NCBI GenBank assembly: GCA_035293105.1
Contig: DATDOV010000079.1
Coordinates: 101,574-165,573, forward strand
Direction of reading: 5' to 3'
DNA from: Blastocatellia bacterium
Lineage (GTDB): Bacteria; Acidobacteriota; Blastocatellia; UBA7656
DNA: 64,000 nucleotides
In this document: one piece after another, positions 38,720 to 47,247 of the stretch
Layout of the letters: every line of letters starts with the position of its first letter
How positions within the stretch are numbered: position 1 is the stretch's first letter
Translations under genes and position numbers: made by a program
The notes under the pieces: generated by a model
What the model was told of the DNA's origin: nothing
Seen by the model: the letters and a program-made list of their open reading frames with translations, nothing else
The model's database searches: none

Positions 38720-38953
38720 ATCATTTCCGAGCAAGCCGAGAAAATCCTCGAACAGGCTTTGCAGTTGCCTTCCTCGCAACGCGCAGACCTGGTCGAGCGT
38801 TTGTTGGACAGTCTTGCGTTCGAAACTGACGAACGCATCGATGCGCTGTGGGCTGCCGAGGCCGAGAGTCGCATAGCTGCTTTTCGCCGGGGCGAGTTGT
38901 CGGCGGTACCGTCAGAAGACGTCTTTGCTGAGATCGAAGCGGAGGCTAATTGA
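38720..38953 (+). CDS. addiction-module antitoxin; probable non-ATG (ATC/ATT) start
   Basis: IISEQAEKILEQALQLPSSQRADLVERLLDSLAFETDERIDALWAAE... AAGGAG sits 9 nt upstream of ATC at 38720. First canonical start is an internal TTG at 38759. Confidence 0.5.
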   Translation: MISEQAEKILEQALQLPSSQRADLVERLLDSLAFETDERIDALWAAEAESRIAAFRRGELSAVPSEDVFAEIEAEAN

Positions 38954-39240
38954 AGGTTCAATTCCTCGAACCGGCCAAAGCCGAGTTGAAGGAAGCAGTC
39001 CGCTACTACAACCACCAGAGAGAAGGTCTCGGGCTCGAATTCGCCGCTGAAGTCAGAAAGGCAACTCAGCGAATCGCGAAGCTGCCGAAGGCCTCGCCAC
39101 CAATCTCAGGTGGCGCTAGAAGGTTTCTTCTTCGCAGGTTCCCTTACGGAATCATTTTATCTGGTCGAAGACAAAACGGTGCTTATTGTTGCTGTAATGC
39201 ATCTAGCGCGCGATCCTGTAGTCTGGCAGGAACGGCTGAA
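38950..39240 (+). pseudogene. RelE/ParE-family toxin with +1 frameshift
   Basis: KVQFLEPAKAELKEAVRYYNHQ...RRFLLRRFPYGI, then the conserved tail IYLVEDKTVLIVAVMHLARDPVVWQERLK is in another frame (shift at a T-run near 39160). Confidence 0.6.
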
Positions 39241-39412
39241 GTGACTCGATTATCGTGGCTAGGCTCCGCACCCGCCTCACGATCGAGCTTCCAGTCAAGG
39301 CTAGCGCTCAAAGGCACGGTCGTGGGCCGACTGCTTTGGTTCATGTGGTTCGTCCAACTCCGTGTAGCCACACAGAGCCGAGTCGAGTATACTCGCCAGC
39401 AAGGAGTAGGTC

Positions 39413-39664
39413 ATGACAACGATGTTTCCCATACCTCCGCCGGGGTTTGACCAGCTTTCAGTAGACGAGCAGATCCACTTCGTCGAGTCGCTGTGGGACC
39501 GAATCGCAGTGCATGCCGAACGGGTGCCGGTTCCCGACTGGCATCGCCACGTGCTCGCCGAAAGACTCGCCGCGTATGAGAGCGATCCCGACGCAGGTAA
39601 GCCGTGGGAGGAGGTCCGGGACGAACTCCAGCGAGAACTCCGAGACATTGATCGCCGGAAATGA
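39413..39664 (+). CDS. addiction-module antitoxin
   Basis: MTTMFPIPPPGFDQLSVDEQIHFVESLWDRIAV...DWHRHVLAERLAAYESDP. Confidence 0.6.
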   Translation: MTTMFPIPPPGFDQLSVDEQIHFVESLWDRIAVHAERVPVPDWHRHVLAERLAAYESDPDAGKPWEEVRDELQRELRDIDRRK

Positions 39665-39946
39665 CCAAACAGCGCGTGATCATCCGGCCCGAGGCGCAGC
39701 AGGACCTCCGCGAGGCGGCGCTGTGGTATGAGACTCCCAGGCCGGGCCTCGGAGAGCGTTTCGCAACCAAGATCGAGGGGTTGATCGAGCGAATAGCCGA
39801 CAAAGCCTCGCCAATTCCCTGAGATCGCCCACGGAGTCCGCCGGGCTTGGCTACAGGCATTTCCGTATTCGGTTTACTTCGTCGAATCTCCCGGCACCGT
39901 TTCGCTCATCGCCATTCTTCACCAGCATCGCCACCCCGATACCTGA
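39661..39946 (+). pseudogene. RelE/ParE-family toxin with frameshift
   Basis: MTKQRVIIRPEAQQDLREAALWYE... stops after ...ASPIP. Conserved tail QFPEIAHGVRRAWLQAFPYSVYFVESPGTVSLIAILHQHRHP continues in another frame. Confidence 0.55.
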
Positions 39947-40074
39947 AGCAAATAGACGATCATTATTCACTGGTTGAAACTGGTTGATTATCCACTGACC
40001 CTGGCAGATAATCCGCCACTTGACCGGTGCATGAGAAGCTAGAGGCAGACCGACGTTGCTCTAAACTAGGGGAT

Positions 40075-41088
40075 ATGGAAAACGAACCGCTGGGGCATTC
40101 TGAGATCATCCTCTACCAAACCGAGGACAAGCGTACTCGGATCGAGGTCAGGCTTGAGGACGAGACTGTCTGGCTCAGTCAAAGCCAGATGGCCGAGTTG
40201 TTCCAGACCACCAAACAAAACATCAGCCTCCACGTTAGGAACATCTTCGCTGAGCACGAATTGCAGGAGGACCAAGTTGTCAAGGAATACTTGACGACTG
40301 CAGCCGACGGCAAGAAATACGCAACCGGCCACTACAACCTCGATGTCATCATCTCCGTAGGTTATCGCGTCAAGTCCCACCGCGGCACTCAGTTCCGCAT
40401 CTGGGCGACTCAACGCCTGAGGGAGTACCTGATCAAAGGCTTCGCGCTGGACGATGAGCGGCTCAAAGAAGGCGGCACGAAGAACACTTACTTCGATGAA
40501 CTGCTGGCCCGGATCAGGGACATCCGCGCCTCCGAGAAGAACTTCTACCGCAAGGTCCTGGACATCTACGCGACAAGCATCGACTACGACCTACACTCGG
40601 ATGTCTCTTACGACTTCTTTGCGATCGTTCAAAACAAGATGCACTGGGCGGCGCACGGCCACACCGCAGCCGAGTTGATCGCCGAACGGGCCGACGCCGA
40701 TAAGCCCAATATGGGATTAACCTCCTGGAAAGACCCGAAGGTGCGAAAGTCGGACGTGACCGTCGCAAAGAACTACCTCAACGCCGACGAGATCGAAATC
40801 CTGAATCTGATCGTGAGTCAGTACCTGGACTTCGCCGAGCTTCAGGCCAGAATGAAGAAGGCGATGTACATGCGCGACTGGGTGCGCAAGCTGGACGATT
40901 TTCTGAGAGTGAATGAGCGGGAAATATTGAAGGACGCAGGTAAGATCTCGCATCAGCTTGCTCAGCAGTTGGCCGAAGCTGAGTACGACAAGTTCGAAAA
41001 GAAGCGGTTGGCGGCGGAATCCGAAGCCCCTAACAAGGACTTCGAGGAAGCGGTGAAGACACTCACCTCGCGAAAGCGGAAGAGGTAG
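40075..41088 (+). CDS. RhuM-family (Fic/DOC-related) virulence/defence-associated protein
   Basis: MENEPLGHSEIILYQTEDKRTRIEVRLEDETVWLSQSQMAELFQTTKQNISLHVRNIF... characteristic RhuM N-terminus. Confidence 0.8.
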   Translation: MENEPLGHSEIILYQTEDKRTRIEVRLEDETVWLSQSQMAELFQTTKQNISLHVRNIFAEHELQEDQVVKEYLTTAADGKKYATGHYNLDVIISVGYRVKSHRGTQFRIWATQRLREYLIKGFALDDERLKEGGTKNTYFDELLARIRDIRASEKNFYRKVLDIYATSIDYDLHSDVSYDFFAIVQNKMHWAAHGHTAAELIAERADADKPNMGLTSWKDPKVRKSDVTVAKNYLNADEIEILNLIVSQYLDFAELQARMKKAMYMRDWVRKLDDFLRVNEREILKDAGKISHQLAQQLAEAEYDKFEKKRLAAESEAPNKDFEEAVKTLTSRKRKR

Positions 41089-41384
41089 GCGACACACGCA
41101 CCGATCCGTGCGGCTGCCGGAGTTTGCTGTGAGCTCGCGTGCGGCTGTTTGTTGTCCAATCACTGGTCGCGTCCCGGTCGAGACTGCAACAAGAATGGAT
41201 AGAATTGCGATTGCCCCGGCGCGTCGATGAATTCTGACCGCGCTCGATGTCTTACGCAAAGTTGCGGTTGTTGCGCCAGCCATTCCCGGCCTCCTTAGGT
41301 GGCTACCCTGCCACACTATACACGGACGCAAAACCGGGGCATTTCAATGCATATTCTTTTCGAATCGTACGCGAGAGGGCTTAG

Positions 41385-41717
41385 TTATGAAGTCAAACCG
41401 CGAGGACTCATAGTAGTCCTCGATAGTCTCGTGCGCCGTGAATGATCCGATGAACGAAGATCGTTTGCTCCTCGCAAGTGTAAAAAGATCAGGTAATCCT
41501 GAACGACCAAATAGCGATAACCGAGATCAACCAGCGACGCATCACCAGATACGCGTCCCAGGTATGGGTTCAACGCCAACAGCCTCAGGTTCTTCTCGAT
41601 TCTCTGCGCAAGTGCTTCGGCGGCTTCCGGTCTTTGAGCCGCAATGTAGGTGACGATCTCAGTGAAGTCGTCCTCCGCTGCCCTCAAGAGCCGGACCGTG
41701 TGCTTACGCCGCTTCAC
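41385..41717 (-). pseudogene. RelE/ParE-family toxin with frameshift at a T5 run
   Basis: ...LGYRYLVVQDYLIF then the frame drifts. The +1 frame gives the canonical YTCEEQTIFVHRIIHGARDY tail. Confidence 0.6.
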
Positions 41718-41976
41718 GGATTCTCTTTCGCAGATCTTTCATCACTTGTGAGACCGTCCGGCCTCGGTCGCCACATGCTCGCTGAGCTTGCGCCACCGCT
41801 AGCTTGCTGAAGAGTTCGACTTTGAGTTGAAGCTTGCTGTAATGAGCCATCGACATAACAACCATGTCGCCCTCACCGTTCCTCGTGATGAAGATCGGCT
41901 CATCGATAGTCTCGGCTAGATCAGAGATCTGGTTCGCTTTGTTCCGCAAGTCGGAAATGGGTTTTATGACGGGCAT
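41704..41976 (-). CDS. Phd/YefM-family antitoxin
   Basis: MPVIKPISDLRNKANQISDLAETIDEPIFITRNGEGDMVVMSMAHYSKL. Confidence 0.7.
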   Translation of the reverse strand: MPVIKPISDLRNKANQISDLAETIDEPIFITRNGEGDMVVMSMAHYSKLQLKVELFSKLAVAQAQRACGDRGRTVSQVMKDLRKRIREAA

Positions 41977-42045
41977 CTTCAATCTCCTTCTACCGCGCTG
42001 CAAAATTATATCACTTAAAGATAAAGGAAAGGGGCCAAGGCGATT

Positions 42046-43554
42046 TTATAGATACTCGCGTTCGGCCTTGCGAATCTTCCGGAAGCGCTCAAACGCTGCG
42101 CGCTCGTCCTCAAGCCCAATAAACGTCTTCAGCGTCGAGCCCCGGAACGTGTGCGCGAACATCCTCCCCGCGTTCCTTAACACAAACAGCGGATCGTGAG
42201 CGAAAGCGGCCGGCATGTGATGAAGCTTCATCCACCGCTCTTCCTTCCATCGCATGAATTCCGCTTCTTCGGCTGAGACGTGCTCGGTCCTGACCACGGC
42301 GGTCGTGCCGTCGTACTCCTGGAGGTTCTCGTTGATGATCAAGCCGCGGTCGCGGAAGTCCTTCGTCATCGGCGTGCGTGGATAAGGCGTCGGGTGCTGT
42401 ATGTAAGGCCAGTCGATGTAGCGGCGGGCGAAATCCAGATTAGCCGTGATCGACTCGCGCGTGTCGTCGGGGTTGCCTACGATCAAGCCGCCTACGACGT
42501 ACATCTTGTTGCGATGCAGGTAGTCGATTGCTTTCATGGTCGCGTTGCCCGCCCGCCCCCCATCGCCATTGCCGCGGGCGAGGTTCTTCGATTTGGCTTT
42601 CAGGAATTGCAGATCGTCTTCGAGGATGTTCTCGATGCCCAGAAACACGTAACGGAATCCGGCACGGCGCATCAGCGGCGCGAGCGTCTCCCCATGATTG
42701 GCTATCGCCGAGGTCATCCCCTGCACGAAATAGTCGAGATCGTTCAGGCCCGCGTCGATGATCGCCTGGCAGAGCGCTTCGAACCGCCGCACGTTGAGCG
42801 TGATGTTGTCGTCGACGATGAAGATCGTGCGCGCGCCGTGATCACGAGCGTCTCGAATGTCGGCCAGCACGCGGTCGAACGAGTAAGTGAAGAAGTTGCG
42901 GCCGCGCATCTCGATTATCGAGCAGAAGCTGCAATCGAACGTGCAGCCGCGCGAGGTTTCGATAACATCGACCTGTCTCCCAAGCAGCGTGTAGCCTGTG
43001 AGCACGCGTGCGCTGCGGTTTTGCAGCTTGATCTCGCCGTTGTCGAGCCCGTTCACGCCGCGGTCGGGGTTGTGATAGAAGCGGTCGCCGCTCCGGTACG
43101 ATAAGCCGGGAATATGATCGAAGCCGCTCTCGTTTTCGATCGCCTGCAGCAGTTCGCGGAACGTGATCTCGCCTTCGCCGCGCACGATGAAGTCCACCAC
43201 GCCCGAGGAATTGTCGGCGTAGGCTTCGATATCGAGGCTCGGGTCGTAGCCGCCTACGGCGACTCGCACCGATGGACGAAGCCGGCGGACGAGATCGATT
43301 GCCTTCTTTGCCGTTTTGCGCTGGAAGCTCATCACTGACAGGCCGACGACATCGGGTTCCATCTCACGCACCAATCGCTCGACGGTCGCTCGCACGTGTC
43401 GTTGGACCAGCACGAGATCGGCGACCGAGACCTTGTGATGTGAATCGACGTTGCCAGCGAGCGACGTGAGCGCGCCATTAGGCATTCTGATGGCGAGCGA
43501 TGGCATGTGCTCGAATGAATCGGGCATCGAGAGGAGCAGAATGTTCAATGGCAC
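42046..43554 (-). CDS. B12-binding domain radical SAM protein
   Basis: N-terminal B12-binding Rossmann-like region. CTFDCSFC (CxxxCxxC) radical SAM cluster motif. Confidence 0.8.
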   Translation of the reverse strand: MPLNILLLSMPDSFEHMPSLAIRMPNGALTSLAGNVDSHHKVSVADLVLVQRHVRATVERLVREMEPDVVGLSVMSFQRKTAKKAIDLVRRLRPSVRVAVGGYDPSLDIEAYADNSSGVVDFIVRGEGEITFRELLQAIENESGFDHIPGLSYRSGDRFYHNPDRGVNGLDNGEIKLQNRSARVLTGYTLLGRQVDVIETSRGCTFDCSFCSIIEMRGRNFFTYSFDRVLADIRDARDHGARTIFIVDDNITLNVRRFEALCQAIIDAGLNDLDYFVQGMTSAIANHGETLAPLMRRAGFRYVFLGIENILEDDLQFLKAKSKNLARGNGDGGRAGNATMKAIDYLHRNKMYVVGGLIVGNPDDTRESITANLDFARRYIDWPYIQHPTPYPRTPMTKDFRDRGLIINENLQEYDGTTAVVRTEHVSAEEAEFMRWKEERWMKLHHMPAAFAHDPLFVLRNAGRMFAHTFRGSTLKTFIGLEDERAAFERFRKIRKAEREYL

Positions 43555-43724
43555 CTCCTTCCGTGGGGCCGTCCCCGCTTGAAAGCGAATCGCGATGCAA
43601 AGCGCGTCGATGTTAGTTCAAGAATACTCGCCAGGCAAGCAGCAGAGCGATCGGCGCGATCGGCGATCGGTCTACCGGACTCGGCCGAGCCGAGTCGGAT
43701 GCGAGACCGACCGAGAGTTCCCTC

Positions 43725-43756
43725 TTGACATTGAAGTTGGGTACAGGGTGTAGCAT
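43725..43756 (+). promoter_or_regulatory. MerR-type promoter (TTGACA, 20-bp spacer, TAGCAT)
   Basis: TTGACA at 43725-30 and TAGCAT at 43751-56 with an over-long 20-bp spacer containing GGGTACAGGG, immediately upstream of the merR-like gene. Confidence 0.5.
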
Positions 43757-43778
43757 CTTATTGCGGAAGGACCTGCGG

Positions 43779-44213
43779 ATGAATGCAATGACCATCGGCG
43801 AGCTGGCCAGGCGCGGCGGGGTTAACCCGGAAACCATACGTTACTACGAACGTGAAGGGTTGCTGCCAAAGCCGCGCCGCCTGCCGTCGGGTTATCGCGT
43901 CTTCTCTCGGGATGACGCGCGGCGCGTGCGCTTCATCAAGCAAGCGCAGGAGCTGGGCTTCTCGCTCAAGGAGATCAAGGAACTGCTCGCCTTGCGCATC
44001 CATCCGGGTACGACTTGCGCCGACGTGCGGGAGCGTACGACAGCCAAGATTGCCGACATTGACGAAAGGCTGCGTCGGCTTCGCGCCATGAAAAAGGCCC
44101 TGGTGCGACTGACTGCGGCTTGCTCCGGACAGGGGGTAGTGAGTGACTGCCCGATATTGGAGAGCCTTGATTCGGAAAAGGAGCGTTGTGGTGAAGAAGA
44201 AACGCAAGATTGA
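43779..44213 (+). CDS. merR: MerR-family metal-responsive regulator with Hg-MerR-like Cys triad
   Basis: HTH MTIGELARRGGVNPETIRYYEREGLL. Cys at positions 80, 115 and 124 (spacing 35/9, as in Tn501 MerR C82/C117/C126). Confidence 0.7.
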   Translation: MNAMTIGELARRGGVNPETIRYYEREGLLPKPRRLPSGYRVFSRDDARRVRFIKQAQELGFSLKEIKELLALRIHPGTTCADVRERTTAKIADIDERLRRLRAMKKALVRLTAACSGQGVVSDCPILESLDSEKERCGEEETQD

Positions 44214-44460
44214 GATCTTCAGCGCGGGATGCGCGGTGTGCGAGAAGACTATTGAACTGGTCAAGAAGCTCGCCTGCAAGTCCTGTGACATTGCCGTGCT
44301 GGATATGCGGCAGAAGCGTGTCGCAACAAAAGCCAAAAAGTACGGGGTACAAAGCCTACCGGCTATAGCCATTAACGGGAAGCTGGCCGGCTGCTGCGCC
44401 GGGAGGGGTGTGGACGAGAACGTCTTAAGGACCGCCGGTATCGGGGTGCGCATGACATAG
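44188..44460 (+). CDS. small thioredoxin-fold protein (CxxC)
   Basis: AGGAG + GTG start. KIEIFSAGCAVCEKTIELVKK...YGVQSLPAIAINGKL. Confidence 0.55.
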   Translation: MVKKKRKIEIFSAGCAVCEKTIELVKKLACKSCDIAVLDMRQKRVATKAKKYGVQSLPAIAINGKLAGCCAGRGVDENVLRTAGIGVRMT

Positions 44461-44474
44461 TGACGCGGGAGCCA

Positions 44475-45191
44475 ATGGACCCATTTGACTACTTCGAGAG
44501 CGTCTCGGCTTCCATCGAGCATTACCCGCTGGTGGCGCTGTTGGTGGCGGCGGTCGGAGGTTTTCTCTCGACCACGACCTGACCTTGTACACTCCCTGCG
44601 GGCGTAGGGGTTGTCGGATACGTCGGGTCACAAGTTGAAGGCGCACCCTCCGAGCGGCGTCAGCGGCGCGGAGTACTCATCTCCTTCTCATTCTTCGCCG
44701 GCGTTGTGTTGAGCCTCGTCGTGCTCGGCATCATGGCAACGCTCCTTGGCCGGCTGCTGACGCGGTGGAGCGCGGCATTCGCCATCGGCGCAGCGAGCTT
44801 CTCGTTCGCGGCGGGAATGGCTGCGATCCTCGGCCCGTGGATTCGCCGCCGCGTTCCCAATCCCGTGATCAGAAAGCGTGGTGGCATAGCCGGCTCGTTC
44901 TTCTACGGCCTCTGCTTCAGCGTCGCGACCGTCACCACATCCGCCGGACCTCTGTTGTTGTTGCTCACCATAGCTGCGGCAATCGGGCGCCCGGCTTACG
45001 GCGCGGCGCTCTCGCTTTCTTACGCGATCGGGCGAGGATTGCCGTTTCTGTTGCTTGGATTGTTCGCCGGGACGATCGGGGCTTGGCTCGCGCGTGTGGA
45101 CCGCGCCCGGCGCATTGCGGAGGTCGTGAGCGGCCTCGCACTCCTCGGGCTGGGAGTCTACTTCTTTCGACTCGCGCTGACTGTCGTGTGA
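44475..45191 (+). pseudogene. ccdA: CcdA/DsbD-family thiol-disulfide transporter with in-frame TGA
   Basis: MDPFDYFESVSASIEHYPLVALLVAAVGGFLSTTT-[TGA 44580-82]-PCTLPAGVGVVGY... The stop sits where the family has Ser (LSPC). The rest of the protein continues in the same frame. Confidence 0.6.
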
Positions 45192-45212
45192 GCTTCTGGC
45201 GGGAGGCCGCCG

Positions 45213-45569
45213 CTATTCTTTCAGAGTTGCCTTATAACCCAGGTTGGTGATCGCCTCGACGATTTTGTCGGTTGACGTACGGGACGGATCGTACTCGACG
45301 CTTGCTTCGCGTCGCTCGTAGCTCACCTCGGCAGAAACCACGCCGGGCGTCCGCTTCAGCATGGCCTTAATGCCTTTCGCGCAGCTCGTGCAGGACATTC
45401 CTTCGACCGCGATCAACACGCGCTCATTTTTTGCGGCGGCGGCGTGCGAACTGGGTGGGCTGCCGTTAGGAACAGGGCGCTCGACGGCCAGAGGCGCAGT
45501 CGCGACCAGGACCACACACAGTGTGGTTAGAACAGCCGGGATTCCGACCCGCTGACGCAGCCGCATCAT
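45213..45569 (-). CDS. periplasmic heavy-metal-associated (MerP-like) protein
   Basis: Signal peptide. HMA motif VEGMSCTSCAKGIKAML. Confidence 0.7.
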   Translation of the reverse strand: MMRLRQRVGIPAVLTTLCVVLVATAPLAVERPVPNGSPPSSHAAAAKNERVLIAVEGMSCTSCAKGIKAMLKRTPGVVSAEVSYERREASVEYDPSRTSTDKIVEAITNLGYKATLKE

Positions 45570-45719
45570 TCTCGCATCCTCCCATGCCGGAATACGCCCA
45601 GAGCTGGCGACATCAAGCTGCACACTAACTCCGGGCCGATGATCGGTCAAGCGACTACAGGCTCTGAGGTGCGCGTCAGGTTTTCGCGGTGAGCCGCTCA
45701 AACGGAACTCCATAACCAC

Positions 45720-45990
45720 CTCATCAGAGGTGGGCTGCCTGATGTTCTAGCCTACAACGCACCACGACTGCTCATACCCCCTCGCAGGGGTGGGTTCTTG
45801 ATGCTGCGGCCCTAGCGGCCCTTGCGCACGCGCCTCTCTGGTCGGAGTCGCTCATGGATGCCTCGAACATCAGGGGACCCACCTCTCACACGAGGTGGGT
45901 ATGGGACAAAAGCAGAGGTAAGATCGCGATCTTCTTCGTGTAGGCTGGAGCATCACCGACCCACCTCTCACGAGGTGGGTATGCGCGAAA
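45720..45990. repeat. cluster of four GGTGGG-containing hairpins (REP-like)
   Basis: catcagAGGTGGGctgcctgatg; cgcagGGGTGGGttcttgatgctgcg; gacccacctctcacacgaggtgggtatg; gacccacctctcacgaggtgggtatg. Confidence 0.4.
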
Positions 45991-46077
45991 ACGTGACGCG
46001 CACCTCAGGCTCTGACTCGCTGGCCATCTGCATCGTAGCACCTCCTTGAAGCGGACCGGCGCAATTGCTCGAATGCC

Positions 46078-47157
46078 TTGGATGTGATAGTAAGAGACTT
46101 CAATGACTATCACCGCGAGGTTGAAGTGGTAAAGAGGATTGTCGGCACGCTCGTTGTTGTAGCGCTTCTGTCTGTGTGCAGCTTGTCGCAGACATCGTCG
46201 CAGGCGCCGAATGCCCCGCCCCCCGAAACGCTCGACCAGAAGCTCGGCCCGGACGACGGCGCGGCGCTCGCCATACTGTTCGGCGCCAATCTGCGAGGTA
46301 ACCTCTTCCCCTGCGACTGAAATCATCCCCGCGGGGGGCTGGCGCGGCGCGTCGGCTACGTCGATGGTTTCAAAGCGAAGTTCAAACAGACGCCCGTCCT
46401 GCAAGTCGAGGCCGGAAACTTCTGGTATGACAACACCGGCTACATGGCCGACGTGATGCTCCAGAACGAGCAAGTCGCGATCGCTTACAGCCAGTGGCCG
46501 ATTGATGTCATCAACCTCGGCCGGTTCGACTTGATCTTCGCCCGCAAGCTCCTCACCCGCCAGGGACTCGAGCAGCGAACGGCCGCCGTTCCAATGATCA
46601 AGAACTTGATATCGGCAAACGGTACATTCGAAACTCCCTCGGCCGCGCCGCCCGCGTTCATCATCAAAGAAATCACCGGGCCGCGAATCAAAGGCAAGCT
46701 CGACAAGGTCCGCGTAGGCTTCATCGGCGTGACTGCTCCCGCCAAGATCTCGGGCGGCGTCGATGCAACGGTGACCGACATGTTCGAAGCGGTGCGCAAG
46801 GTCGCCCCCGACGTGCGTAAGCAGTGCGACATACTGGTGATCCTCGCTCACTCGGAGTATGAGCCGGCGCTGCGGCTCGCGCGAGAGAATCCCGAAGCCG
46901 ACATCGTCATTTCCGGCAACGCCGAAGGAAACTACGGGCCGCAACGGATCGGGAAGACCTTGGTGCTGGTTGCCGCGCCCGGAAACACCCAGGAAGGCGA
47001 CCTTCGTGTGTACATCGGCGAGGATGGAAGCTTCAGCTATAAGTTCCGCTCGCCCGACCTGGACGCCGAGGTACCCTCCGATCCCGAGGCGATGGCTTAT
47101 GCGGAGGCCGCTCGCAATGAGCTTCATCGCTTCCGTTCGAGCGGGATGCGCCGCTGA
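46078..47157 (+). pseudogene. secreted metallophosphoesterase (5'-nucleotidase N-domain)-like protein with in-frame TGA
   Basis: Signal peptide. LAILFGANLRGNLFPCD-[TGA 46318-20]-NHPRGGLARR... continues in frame to 47157. The stop sits at the Gly of the GNH[DE] motif. Motif I is degenerate. Confidence 0.5.
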
Positions 47158-47247
47158 CGCCGCTGAGGGTCGCGTTGATAGACGGCAGCGCGTGGGCTAT
47201 CATTAGCGCGAATAATCCGAACGAATCTGCATTCATGGGGGGCTGAT

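Noticed and set aside
45880-45990. Possible mini-CRISPR array (two ~30-bp gacccacctctcac(ac)gaggtgggtatg repeats)
   Set aside because: Only two copies, not identical, each an isolated hairpin. No cas genes and no regular spacer architecture. More consistent with REP-like hairpins.
44580-46320. Selenocysteine recoding of the two in-frame TGAs
   Set aside because: The aligned family residues are Ser and Gly, not Cys. No Sec machinery is visible. Single-base nonsense mutations (TCA->TGA, GGA->TGA) explain both.
45886-47127. 413-aa minus-strand ORF
   Set aside because: Antisense to the metallophosphatase-like gene. A GC-rich open frame typical of high-GC genomes. No motifs.
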